Source: Escherichia phage Killian
Length of the DNA stretch: 64,000 nt
Sequence record: OQ446694.1
Strand: one strand, 5' to 3'
Below are positions 18,244-27,346 of this stretch, in pieces (position 1 is the stretch's first letter; each line of letters opens with the position of its first letter). The notes beneath the pieces are model-generated. The model had not been told where the DNA came from. It was given only the letters and a program-made list of their open reading frames with translations, and did not search any database. The position numbers were made by a program, and so were the translations under genes.

Positions 18244-18807
18244 TTATTTATCTAGTTTAGTTATTATAGCTTCTGCGGCAGCTTTTAGCTTAGATGCAGT
18301 GTTAATACGATTTTTAATTTCAGTATACGCATCGCCAAGAACATCAAGGCTATCAGAATAAACACTTACACTATTGCGTTCGCTATTTGAAATAAAACCT
18401 TTAGTTTTACGATCAAAATCGGTGTACACGTCTTGAAGATCACGGGCAGCCTTCTTTGCATCATCCAATGCATCAAGAGCTTTATTCAAAGCATTAACAT
18501 ATTTTTTAGTGTCAAACATATTCTTAGAAATTTTAACAGGTGCACGTTCAGGAGTAGCTAAGGCAGATTTAGGAACCTGAGCGCCAGATGCCAATTTCTT
18601 AGAAATTTTGAAAAACGCTTTATTGAATTTATTTTCTTGACTCATCGTAAAAGAACTATTATCGATGTTATACATTTCAATAGCTTTAGCTTTCCACTTA
18701 AGAAAATCGCCACGGTCTTTTGGGTCTAATTGAAAGAATACTTTAGTAAGATCTGCTTCAGACGGTAATTTTGCTGCTTCGGTCAAAAATTCGGCATAGG
18801 TTTTCAT
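18244..18807 (-). CDS. Capsid-targeted internal protein (CTS-bearing, 187 aa; IPIII-like in size)
   Basis: N-terminus MKTYAEFLTE is a capsid-targeting sequence with a gp21 protease site (L-T-E); basic, low-complexity mature region. Confidence 0.65.
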   Translation of the reverse strand: MKTYAEFLTEAAKLPSEADLTKVFFQLDPKDRGDFLKWKAKAIEMYNIDNSSFTMSQENKFNKAFFKISKKLASGAQVPKSALATPERAPVKISKNMFDTKKYVNALNKALDALDDAKKAARDLQDVYTDFDRKTKGFISNSERNSVSVYSDSLDVLGDAYTEIKNRINTASKLKAAAEAIITKLDK

Positions 18808-18895
18808 TTAAAATCCTTGAAATAATTTATCGGTTGGTTATTAATTATTTATTACTTTGTTATTATCCGCAACAGCATTCTCTATGTGATTCAAA

Positions 18896-18924
18896 CTAAA
18901 AAGCCCCAACCTTTCGGTCGGGGC
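18896..18924 (-). terminator. Rho-independent terminator ending the tRNA/stable-RNA operon (GCCCCGACC-GAAA-GGUUGGGGC plus U5)
   Basis: 9-bp stem (one G-U pair on the minus-strand RNA), GAAA tetraloop, T-run. Confidence 0.8.
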
Positions 18925-19238
18925 TAAGCCTTGCGGCAACCTTGTCGGGGTTCCACCTGCTAAGGCAAGTGTTTGTACGAAACGCCGGGATTTGAACCCG
19001 GTTATTAAGCAGTTGACGCTACTCAATATTTTTAAAAGGCCATATCTCGACCATATCCGAACGTTCCGTCAAAAACGCTACTCGGCTTACGGCAAAGATA
19101 TTTCCTCGAATCGATAATTCGGTGCGCCGTTTCTGCTGTGATGTAAGAGGGCATCAACAAATCATAAAGATTTATTAACGCAATTCCTTACCCAGGGAAC
19201 ATCAGTCCGACGACTTACCGGTAGCGACCCGGCTTCTT
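18925..19238 (-). ncRNA. Stable small RNA region downstream of tRNA-Arg (T4 species 1/species 2-like RNAs); boundaries approximate
   Basis: Non-coding GC-rich structured sequence with a tRNA-like T-arm (CCGGGTTCAAATCCCGG) between tRNA-Arg and the operon terminator; the only track ORF here (18841..19026) is implausible. Confidence 0.45.
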
Positions 19239-19241
19239 GTC

Positions 19242-19318
<77 letters not shown>

Positions 19319-19321
19319 TAA

Positions 19322-19987
19322 TTAAAATTTCATTTTTCGACCTTTAAACCATCCTTCTGGAATTGGGTCAGTTTTCTTAATACGTTTAGAAACTTTTTCA
19401 TCTAATGAATGAATCCACATCATACCAAATTGGGAATTCTTTTCGCCCTGTTGATGTTTATTTCTGGCGTGAGATTCTTTCATTTTATTAATAGTTTCAG
19501 GAGTATGGGTCTTGCCCAAGAAAGATTTAGTATTTAAAAATTTCTCTCTATACTTAGGATTATCCCAAAGCTGTTTAAACCTTTCTGAACCCATTTTACG
19601 ATATTTTTCTTTAAGGTCTGGGTCGTTCTCAAATCTGGTTTTAAAAGCGGCAGCTCCTTTTAAGGAAGCTTCTTTCTTTTTATCCAAATATTCTTTAGTG
19701 TTTAAATGGTCCCAACCACCTTCACCACCTAATTTCAAATTATAAACATCAGGGCGCTTTAAAAACTCTTCAGTCACAATATTCTTTTCTGACTCAAACA
19801 TAGAGGTTTTATCGTCAAAGAACTCTAATATTTCTTTAGAAAAATTTTCTATACCATACTTATCTTGGGCTCTTTTTAATAATTTACCAGAACCCATATA
19901 TCCATCATCTAAATTTTCGGTAGAATGAGCGCCTATATAGATTTTATTATTAATTTTATTTGTTATTTTATAAATGTAATGGAACAT
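19322..19987 (-). CDS. segB: GIY-YIG homing endonuclease SegB
   Basis: 221 aa; N-terminal GIY-YIG motif (HYIYKITNKINNKIYIGAH); located between tRNA-Ile and tRNA-Arg as in T4. Confidence 0.85.
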   Translation of the reverse strand: MFHYIYKITNKINNKIYIGAHSTENLDDGYMGSGKLLKRAQDKYGIENFSKEILEFFDDKTSMFESEKNIVTEEFLKRPDVYNLKLGGEGGWDHLNTKEYLDKKKEASLKGAAAFKTRFENDPDLKEKYRKMGSERFKQLWDNPKYREKFLNTKSFLGKTHTPETINKMKESHARNKHQQGEKNSQFGMMWIHSLDEKVSKRIKKTDPIPEGWFKGRKMKF

Positions 19988-20018
19988 AAATATCTCCTAT
20001 TTCTAAGAGTATTTATGT

Positions 20019-20090
20019 TCCCAAAATATGGCCCTGGGTGGAATTGAACCACCATCTGGCGATTATGAGTCGCTTGCTTGAACCTTCCAG
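20019..20090 (-). tRNA. tRNA-Ile (anticodon CAU; T4 tRNA-Ile homolog, often auto-called tRNA-Met)
   Basis: Manual fold: acceptor GGCCCTG/CAGGGCC, anticodon loop CTCATAA, T-loop GGTTCAATTCC. Confidence 0.75.
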
Positions 20091-20096
20091 CTACAG

Positions 20097-20169
20097 GGCC
20101 TTGATATGCTGATTGACGGAATCGAACCGCCGACATCCTCATTACAAGTGAGGTGCTCTACCTACTGAG
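20097..20169 (-). tRNA. tRNA-Thr (anticodon UGU)
   Basis: Manual fold: acceptor GCTGATT/AATCAGC, anticodon loop CTTGTAA, T-loop GGTTCGATTCC. Confidence 0.8.
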
Positions 20170-20176
20170 CTAAATC

Positions 20177-20263
20177 AGCGAAATTACGGAGGCGATAGGA
20201 TTTGAACCTATGAGTCGCCGGAGCGACTGCCGGTTTTCAAGACCGGTGCATTAAACCACTCTG
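20177..20263 (-). tRNA. tRNA-Ser (anticodon UGA), type II with long variable arm
   Basis: Manual fold: acceptor GGAGGCG/CGCCTCC, anticodon loop CTTGAAA, variable arm GTCGCTCCGGCGACT. Confidence 0.8.
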
Positions 20264-20265
20264 CC

Positions 20266-20339
20266 ACGCCTCCAGTCTCCGCGGCAGGATTTGAACCTGC
20301 GACATTCTGCTCCCAAAGCAGACGCTCTACCAAACTGAG
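20266..20339 (-). tRNA. tRNA-Pro (anticodon UGG)
   Basis: Manual fold: anticodon stem CTGCT/AGCAG with loop TTTGGGA; 2 nt from tRNA-Ser (dimeric precursor arrangement). Confidence 0.8.
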
Positions 20340-20352
20340 CTACACGGAGTAA

Positions 20353-20516
<164 letters not shown>

Positions 20517-20532
20517 CCATTCTCGCTCTATA

Positions 20533-21165
20533 TTATTTATTACGTGAAAAAGATTGTTCTATCAATTCTGGACACTTTCGTTCTATCCATTTTCTAGCTT
20601 TTTGTGGGCTTATACCTATTATTTTAGCAGCTTTACTAACCCATCCAAATTTAGAATAATCGATTTTAACTAATTCTTCGTAAATTTCATCAGTTAAAAT
20701 CTTTTCATTAATATTTACCAGTAAATGATATAATTTATTATCATTAGCAATTTTAATGAATCTTTTATAGTTTCCGCCTTTACTTAAACCTAATGAAGTA
20801 ATTGCAGATGATATAGTAGCCGAATTTAATAGTGCGTTTAAAATTTCTTCATCACTAACATTATAACGCTTTTTATTATTTTTAATATTTTTACCAGCAA
20901 AAGTATCAGTTTGCGAATGGCAATTTGGACATAATAATCTTAAATTTGATTTAAGATGATTTTTGTTATTTCCATCAATATGGTCTAATTGCAGAACAAT
21001 ATGCTTATTTTGCCATTTTGAAATTTTACAAATTGCACACTCATATGGAAAAATATTTTCTTTTATTATTTTGTCTTTCAGCTTTCCTGTACTAAAATTT
21101 GGATGTTTTCCTTCAAAAATTTCAGCTAATTTAGTATCCATAATATAATTCCCAATTATTAACAA
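20533..21165 (-). CDS. HNH homing endonuclease (zinc-finger HNH core plus C-terminal helix-turn-helix-like DNA-binding region)
   Basis: CxxC...HIVLQLDHIDGNNKNHLKSNLRLLCPNCH HNH/zinc motif; gene abuts the 5' end of the tRNA operon. Confidence 0.8.
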   Translation of the reverse strand: MLIIGNYIMDTKLAEIFEGKHPNFSTGKLKDKIIKENIFPYECAICKISKWQNKHIVLQLDHIDGNNKNHLKSNLRLLCPNCHSQTDTFAGKNIKNNKKRYNVSDEEILNALLNSATISSAITSLGLSKGGNYKRFIKIANDNKLYHLLVNINEKILTDEIYEELVKIDYSKFGWVSKAAKIIGISPQKARKWIERKCPELIEQSFSRNK

Positions 21166-21240
21166 AGGCTCTCAAGCAAGAACCCTTGATGATAGAGGGT
21201 ATTAATCAGTGCGATATGAGTTAATAATAACAAATAATTC

Positions 21241-21756
21241 TTAAAGCAAATTAAACATTTTAACGGTCGGCAAAACAATTTCTTCTTCTATATAAGAGTA
21301 TTTAACACTCTCAACTACACGCAAAAAATCATAATCATAATACTCAGAAGCATTACCTAAAATATTAATAAGTCCTTCAAGCACCTTATTACTATTCACA
21401 AAGAATAAGTCAAATACACGTTCTTCATCTTCTTCAGATTTATTACCAAGATCAACTTCTATGCGAAAGACCTTTTTAATGAATTCTGGATAAAGCTGGT
21501 CTGAGAACAGTCCTTCAACCAAGTATTCATAAATAAAAAGAGATTGCTCGCTGAACAAACCATTACCGCAATAGCGCTCAATTTTAGTACTAGAATATCT
21601 GCTTTTAAATTTCTTTAAAAGATACTGAAATTGTAAGATTTCATGCTCTTCTACGCCAAACAGTGTTTTAGTTTTATAGTTGTCACCATCATTTTCCCAG
21701 GTAGTGACATCAATTACGTAGCCCTGCGGAATTGTAGTACCTAAACAAATATTCAT
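21241..21756 (-). CDS. Hypothetical protein (171 aa)
   Basis: ORF track; no recognisable motif. Confidence 0.5.
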   Translation of the reverse strand: MNICLGTTIPQGYVIDVTTWENDGDNYKTKTLFGVEEHEILQFQYLLKKFKSRYSSTKIERYCGNGLFSEQSLFIYEYLVEGLFSDQLYPEFIKKVFRIEVDLGNKSEEDEERVFDLFFVNSNKVLEGLINILGNASEYYDYDFLRVVESVKYSYIEEEIVLPTVKMFNLL

Positions 21757-21759
21757 TTT

Positions 21760-22050
21760 TCACCACGCTGCGTTAATGTAAGTATATTTAATACATTCAA
21801 GACCCAAAGGATTCTTGAAAATATCATATTCAAGAGGACCTTTTTCTGTTTCAATAAAGAAATCAAAATTTACTGTATTAAATTTACGTTCTTCCTTCAC
21901 TAATTTAACTTGAGAAGATGAACGGTCAATGTAAACCCTTTCAACTTCAAAACATGTTAAAATGCCATAATCATCAATCAAAGCTTTAGCCGCGTCTTGA
22001 TCATATTTATATCCATTTTCAATGGATGATACTTTCGCATAAAGAATCAT
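21760..22050 (-). CDS. Hypothetical protein (96 aa)
   Basis: ORF track. Confidence 0.5.
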   Translation of the reverse strand: MILYAKVSSIENGYKYDQDAAKALIDDYGILTCFEVERVYIDRSSSQVKLVKEERKFNTVNFDFFIETEKGPLEYDIFKNPLGLECIKYTYINAAW

Positions 22051-22052
22051 TA

Positions 22053-22451
22053 TCAGCCTTCATCAACAATAGTGTGAGTATTGGCATTTACGATTTGCCA
22101 CCAGTCAAATCGATTAGAACCCATCGGTTTGTTTTCATTTTCTTTGATAATGTCACGGAGTTCATCTTCAGAGAATGCTTTAGCGATTAAATCGGTATAC
22201 CCACCACGGGGATAATAATTATCACCTGCAAACAAAAGGAAATTTACCTTCCCGGAAGCAACATATGCTTCCTTAGGATACTTGTTTCCTGCGTGGTCAA
22301 CCACTTCAATATAACGGTAAGGAATATCGGTTCTTTCAACCCATTGCCATGCCGCCGCAGGGGAATCGAAAGCATCTACACCTAAACGATTATCTTCATC
22401 TTTAGACGGATTATTTTCGTAATCCGCATATACATAATATTCAACGTTCAT
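22053..22451 (-). CDS. Hypothetical protein (132 aa)
   Basis: ORF track. Confidence 0.5.
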   Translation of the reverse strand: MNVEYYVYADYENNPSKDEDNRLGVDAFDSPAAAWQWVERTDIPYRYIEVVDHAGNKYPKEAYVASGKVNFLLFAGDNYYPRGGYTDLIAKAFSEDELRDIIKENENKPMGSNRFDWWQIVNANTHTIVDEG

Positions 22452-22636
22452 TATTCACCTTTAGAAATTTTATCCATAACGATAGCAATTAAACCAATTA
22501 AAAATGCTACTACAAGTGAAAAAACATTTTCTGCCGTAGTCAATAATCCGCATATAAATCCAACAAACATTGAAAAACTGAAAGCGGAAGCAGAAATTGC
22601 AATAGCAACATTTCGAATTAATTCACAACGTTTCAT
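22451..22636 (-). CDS. Small two-helix membrane protein (61 aa)
   Basis: Track ORF begins in the promoter/upstream gene; true start ATG 22636 with GAGGAGAA SD; sequence MKRCELIRNVAIAISASAFSFSMFVGFICGLLTT... Confidence 0.45.
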   Translation of the reverse strand: MKRCELIRNVAIAISASAFSFSMFVGFICGLLTTAENVFSLVVAFLIGLIAIVMDKISKGE

Positions 22637-22664
22637 TTTATTCTCCTCAGTAGTTGATAGGGTA

Positions 22665-22693
22665 ATAGTATCACTACCCCATCTAAAAGTAAA
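22665..22693 (-). promoter_or_regulatory. Sigma70-type phage early promoter cassette
   Basis: Minus strand TTTACT-N17-TGATACTAT. Confidence 0.6.
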
Positions 22694-22694
22694 C

Positions 22695-22928
22695 TTATTT
22701 TTTACGAAAAATTGATTTATTTTCTGCTGCCCATTTTTCAATAACTGCAACAGGACCAGTAACAACAATTTTATCACCGTAATCTTCTGCGGCGAGTTGA
22801 CCGAAATTATCTAATGCATCACGAAGAACTCCATGAGGCATTTCACCCATTTTATCTTTCTTGCCGGTGTAAATAAACTCAGCTTTTACATCAGAAGATT
22901 CAGCGATAAACTCTTTGAAAGTTTTCAT
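22695..22928 (-). CDS. Capsid-targeted internal protein (CTS-bearing, ~77 aa) at the ipI locus
   Basis: N-terminus MKTFKEFIAE (CTS with gp21 site I-A-E); start taken at second ATG. Confidence 0.6.
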   Translation of the reverse strand: MKTFKEFIAESSDVKAEFIYTGKKDKMGEMPHGVLRDALDNFGQLAAEDYGDKIVVTGPVAVIEKWAAENKSIFRKK

Positions 22929-22962
22929 TTTGATTTCCATTTGGTTTTGTTTTGATAGGGTA

Positions 22963-22991
22963 ATAGTATCACAGCTAAAACCCTATGTAAA
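22963..22991 (-). promoter_or_regulatory. Sigma70-type phage early promoter cassette with conserved upstream AACTTTGTGAAATTATTTT element
   Basis: Minus strand GTTTACA-N17-TGATACTAT. Confidence 0.65.
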
Positions 22992-23004
22992 CAACTTTGT
23001 GAAA

Positions 23005-23262
23005 TTATTTTAAATCTTCTAATCGTTTCTTCATCTTAGAACCATTCTTAGCGATTTCTCCTGCATCAGAGCATAATGCTAAAAGCGCTTTAACTTTAGT
23101 TTGGTCTCCTTTAAAAGATGAAGGATCGACTGCAGCAGCAAGTTCTTTAATACGAGAGAAAAGACGCTCGGCTTCAGCTAAAGCCATTCCAAGCTTTACT
23201 TCCATACCGTGGGAAGATTCAGTGATAGTAGTTTTTGTAGCAAACTCTTTGAAAGTTTTCAT
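23005..23262 (-). CDS. Capsid-targeted internal protein (CTS-bearing, 85 aa) at the ipI locus
   Basis: N-terminus MKTFKEFATKTTITE (CTS-like, I-T-E cleavage site); AGGAAA SD. Confidence 0.6.
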   Translation of the reverse strand: MKTFKEFATKTTITESSHGMEVKLGMALAEAERLFSRIKELAAAVDPSSFKGDQTKVKALLALCSDAGEIAKNGSKMKKRLEDLK

Positions 23263-23292
23263 TTTATTTTCCTAATTAATTTTGATGAGGTA

Positions 23293-23321
23293 ATAGTATC
23301 ACTACTAAAACCCCGTGTAAA
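23293..23321 (-). promoter_or_regulatory. Sigma70-type phage early promoter cassette with conserved upstream element
   Basis: Minus strand TTTACA-N17-TGATACTAT; upstream AACTTTGTGAAATTATTTT identical to the copy at 22992..23010. Confidence 0.65.
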
Positions 23322-23334
23322 TAACTTTGTGAAA

Positions 23335-24019
<685 letters not shown>

Positions 24020-24020
<1 letters not shown>

Positions 24021-24745
24021 TATAGTACCTTTAGTGTATTTTTAATTTTAGAAAAAAGTTCTTCAAGAGAACCATCGTTTGTAATTACTAAATCGCCATC
24101 ACGAATTGGCAATCCAGCTTCTGTAATATGAGTATCATTGGATTTTTGACCAGGACGAACTACATGAATTACTGTAGCACCCATCGCCCTAGCCGCATCC
24201 ATTTCATGGTCTTGACGAGTATCAGGAACGATATAATAATCATAACCTGAGTTAAATTTATCAAGATAATCTAAAGCAAATAATTTTACCCAATACATGC
24301 GGTCGAAGTTATTAACAATCAAATCCGTACCTAGGGCTTGCATCAGACGACGGACTGACCATTGATCTTCAATATTATTTATAACGTCAGCAATCTTGTT
24401 AAATGCTACGAAAGTAACCGATTCTTTTCCTTCGTCATCAAAAACAAACACGCCTTTAATTGGGCTTTTACTATTAAGATAGCAAAATGCTTGTTCCATA
24501 ATCGTAATTACTTCTAATTTAGTCAGATTTAAATTAGTCTCGCGATCATAGTCAATTCCTTCAAACTCTTTACGAGTTAAACAAGGATAGTCAGTGTTTG
24601 CTGCAAATACGCCCCATGCATAAGCCAATGCATCTTTAATAGGACCAGCAAGTTGATATTTAACTGCAGAATAATTATTCATGATAAAATCTGCAGTAGT
24701 ATCTTTTCCACTACGCTTTACACCACTTAAAAAGATTAGTTTCAT
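24020..24745 (-). CDS. 1: Deoxynucleoside monophosphate kinase
   Basis: 241 aa; P-loop GVKRSGKDT; matches T4 gp1. Confidence 0.93.
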
Positions 24746-24770
24746 ATGTTTCTCCTCAAATTTAGTTAAG

Positions 24771-24794
24771 ATTATAACATATGAAACTGAAGCA
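24771..24794 (-). promoter_or_regulatory. Candidate MotA-dependent middle promoter for gene 1 (MotA box AATGCTTCA, 11-nt spacer, TATAAT)
   Basis: Minus strand TTTAATGCTTCA-N11-TATAAT about 25 nt upstream of the gene 1 SD. Confidence 0.5.
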
Positions 24795-25325
24795 TTAAAC
24801 TTCTGCTATAATTTTGCCATCTTTTTCTACTTGAAAATACGTATAAGGAATCGTTGCTGTACATACTAAAGCCGGGTCTGAATCTTCCGTGTAGCTAAAT
24901 TCTACTTCAGACAGGTCAGAAACCCAAGGCTTATAAAAATTTATTGACATCACGATTTCAGTTTTACTATTATCTAAAATGTAAAGCGTAATGTATTCAG
25001 GACCTGTTTTTTGGGCAGTATTTTCACCTGTAAGATAGTTACTAGTTCCTAGCATCCATTCATACATTCCTATCCACGACTTAAGTTCTTCATCAACTAT
25101 AAATCTCACAATGAGTGGGTCGTACTCAAATGTAACACCTGGACGTTGTGCTCGGCCTAGTCCAAACGGCCCAGTCACGGTATCAGTAACAGGTATCCTA
25201 ATTCCTGGAATAGGAACTGACTGAGCATTTAAAGTAAAAGCAGATGTAGTATTACTATGTGGTATTGATACTACAAAGTTAGTTGTATTTGCTTGGTTAA
25301 AAATTTGTTGCAGAGCTTGTGACAT
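24795..25325 (-). CDS. 3: gp3 tail-tube terminator / sheath stabiliser
   Basis: 176 aa from ATG 25325 (MSQALQQIF..., GAGGAA SD); track ORF is extended upstream to a non-SD ATG. Confidence 0.85.
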   Translation of the reverse strand: MSQALQQIFNQANTTNFVVSIPHSNTTSAFTLNAQSVPIPGIRIPVTDTVTGPFGLGRAQRPGVTFEYDPLIVRFIVDEELKSWIGMYEWMLGTSNYLTGENTAQKTGPEYITLYILDNSKTEIVMSINFYKPWVSDLSEVEFSYTEDSDPALVCTATIPYTYFQVEKDGKIIAEV

Positions 25326-25431
25326 ATATTCCTCATAATGCTTTATAAATGTTGGTGGTATAATGGGTTTAAGTCCCTTCCATTCAATTCCAATTAGAAC
25401 AAACAATAGAAAAGAATGGAAGATAATAGAA

Positions 25432-26256
25432 TTAGATATTTGACCAGACTTTGTTTGCAGAGAAACGTTTTCCTTTTGAAACGAACTGCTGAAGTGGCAT
25501 TAATACAACGTTCGCCCAGTCTTTCGGGGCGATTTCAACTAGGCTACCCATAATATTACCAGGTATATATGCCTTAATCATTTGGTCTGCACCCCTAAAT
25601 CCTTTCACTTGACTCCAATCAATTTTTAATTTCGTTTTATTAGTAATAGTAGGTGTATTTGAATATTGCTTTAAAAGCTCTTCTAGAAATTGCTGACGAG
25701 CTTTAGGTGGAATATAGTGCAAGTTCAATCCATACATTAAATTATGTTTACCTAAACCGAGGTAAATTATCAAAGGAAATTTATCCCAATAAGGAAGAGT
25801 TTCTTTGTGTTTAGCATCATAAGCAAAAGCATATATTCGTCCCGGCTGCGGGCGAACAACCTTATGTCCTTTTACTTGCTTAATAGTTTCAGCAAACCAC
25901 TTTCTGGTTTTATTATTAATTGCTGCACCTTCATTACGAATTTTATCACGCAATGTTTGCCTGAATGAATTTATCATAAGCAGTTGTCTTTCTTGCTTAT
26001 TGAGTTTATTCATTGGTTTTGATTCAAGCTTTTGAATCTTTTCAGCTGTTTTAATTCCTGAAGCATATTTTGACATTGCTGAAGTAAACGTAGAGTATTT
26101 GATTCCTCTTTCTTCAGCAAATTGCTTTCCTGTCATTCCTTTTGCTTTGGCCTTTTTGTATTCAAGACCTATCTGAATCCATTTCTTTTCGTTTAATGAT
26201 TGCTTAACCTTTGGAACTTGGGGAGTGCTTTCATTAATTATTTGAAAAATAGCCAT
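25432..26256 (-). CDS. 2: gp2 DNA-end protector protein
   Basis: 274 aa; size, order and sequence consistent with T4 gp2. Confidence 0.9.
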   Translation of the reverse strand: MAIFQIINESTPQVPKVKQSLNEKKWIQIGLEYKKAKAKGMTGKQFAEERGIKYSTFTSAMSKYASGIKTAEKIQKLESKPMNKLNKQERQLLMINSFRQTLRDKIRNEGAAINNKTRKWFAETIKQVKGHKVVRPQPGRIYAFAYDAKHKETLPYWDKFPLIIYLGLGKHNLMYGLNLHYIPPKARQQFLEELLKQYSNTPTITNKTKLKIDWSQVKGFRGADQMIKAYIPGNIMGSLVEIAPKDWANVVLMPLQQFVSKGKRFSANKVWSNI

Positions 26257-26708
26257 TATGCCCCCTTAAAGCCAAGAGCTCGTAATCCATCTTCTGTTAA
26301 AATTCTAAATTTTATTCCACGCTTTTCAGCTAAAGCTTGTGCTGCTTTCCATTTGTCAGTATTAACGGAATATGTATAAATTTCATTCATAAATCTTTTC
26401 TTCGCTGCAGTTGTTAGATGTGCTGGTTTAACTGGTGGTTGTGTTTCTTTTTTAGGTTTTATTTCAATAAAAAATTCTTGTCCAGAAGAATCTTTCATCC
26501 AAATATCCATGAAGTATCTACGTTTTTTCCCTTCTGCATTACAAAAATAAGGAATTACTGCCGTTTCACTACCCCATGCAATAATTTCTGGATTTTTATC
26601 TAACCATTCAAAAAAGAATTTTTCCCAATTTGATCTATACGTAATTTTTTTAGGGTCACCTCTATATTTTGATATATTTTTAGGAACCCATTTTCCAGAA
26701 TATGCCAT
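26256..26708 (-). CDS. 4: gp4 head-completion protein
   Basis: 150 aa; stop overlaps gp2 start. Confidence 0.9.
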   Translation of the reverse strand: MAYSGKWVPKNISKYRGDPKKITYRSNWEKFFFEWLDKNPEIIAWGSETAVIPYFCNAEGKKRRYFMDIWMKDSSGQEFFIEIKPKKETQPPVKPAHLTTAAKKRFMNEIYTYSVNTDKWKAAQALAEKRGIKFRILTEDGLRALGFKGA

Positions 26709-26719
26709 TGGATTCTCCT

Positions 26720-26727
26720 TATAAATA
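26720..26727 (+). promoter_or_regulatory. Late promoter (TATAAATA) for gene 53
   Basis: Exact TATAAATA about 29 nt upstream of ATG 26756. Confidence 0.7.
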
Positions 26728-26734
26728 GATAATA

Positions 26735-26742
26735 TATTTATA
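26735..26742 (-). promoter_or_regulatory. Late promoter (TATAAATA) for gene 4, divergent from the gene 53 promoter
   Basis: Plus-strand tatttata, i.e. TATAAATA on minus strand, 27 nt upstream of gene 4 ATG. Confidence 0.65.
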
Positions 26743-26755
26743 AACAGGAGGGCCC

Positions 26756-27346
26756 ATGCTCTTTACATTTTTTGATCCGATTGAATATGCGGCCAAAACG
26801 GTGAATAAAAACGCGCCGACTATTCCTATGACAGATATTTTTAGAAACTATAAAGACTATTTCAAACGTGCTCTTGCGGGATACCGCTTACGTACTTATT
26901 ATATTAAAGGTTCACCGCGCCCGGAAGAATTAGCAAATGCTATATATGGAAATCCGCAGTTGTATTGGGTTTTATTGATGTGTAATGATAATTATGATCC
27001 GTATTATGGATGGATTACTTCGCAAGAAGCTGCTTATCAAGCATCTATACAAAAATACAAAAACGTAGGTGGAGACCAAATAGTATATCATGTGAATGAG
27101 AACGGTGAAAAATTTTATAATTTAATATCATACGATGATAATCCATATGTTTGGTATGACAAAGGCGATAAAGCTAGAAAATATCCTCAATATGAAGGAG
27201 CACTTGCTGCGGTCGATACGTATGAAGCTGCTGTTCTTGAAAATGAAAAACTTCGTCAAATAAAAATAATAGCAAAATCAGACATCAATTCATTTATGAA
27301 CGACCTTATACGTATAATGGAGAAATCTTATGGAAATGATAAGTAA
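26756..27346 (+). CDS. 53: gp53 baseplate wedge subunit
   Basis: 196 aa; order and sequence as T4. Confidence 0.92.
   Translation: MLFTFFDPIEYAAKTVNKNAPTIPMTDIFRNYKDYFKRALAGYRLRTYYIKGSPRPEELANAIYGNPQLYWVLLMCNDNYDPYYGWITSQEAAYQASIQKYKNVGGDQIVYHVNENGEKFYNLISYDDNPYVWYDKGDKARKYPQYEGALAAVDTYEAAVLENEKLRQIKIIAKSDINSFMNDLIRIMEKSYGNDK

Noticed and set aside
18841-19026. 61-aa minus-strand ORF overlapping the stable-RNA region and operon terminator
   Set aside because: It overlaps a strong terminator hairpin and tRNA-like structured RNA, and has no SD; judged non-coding.
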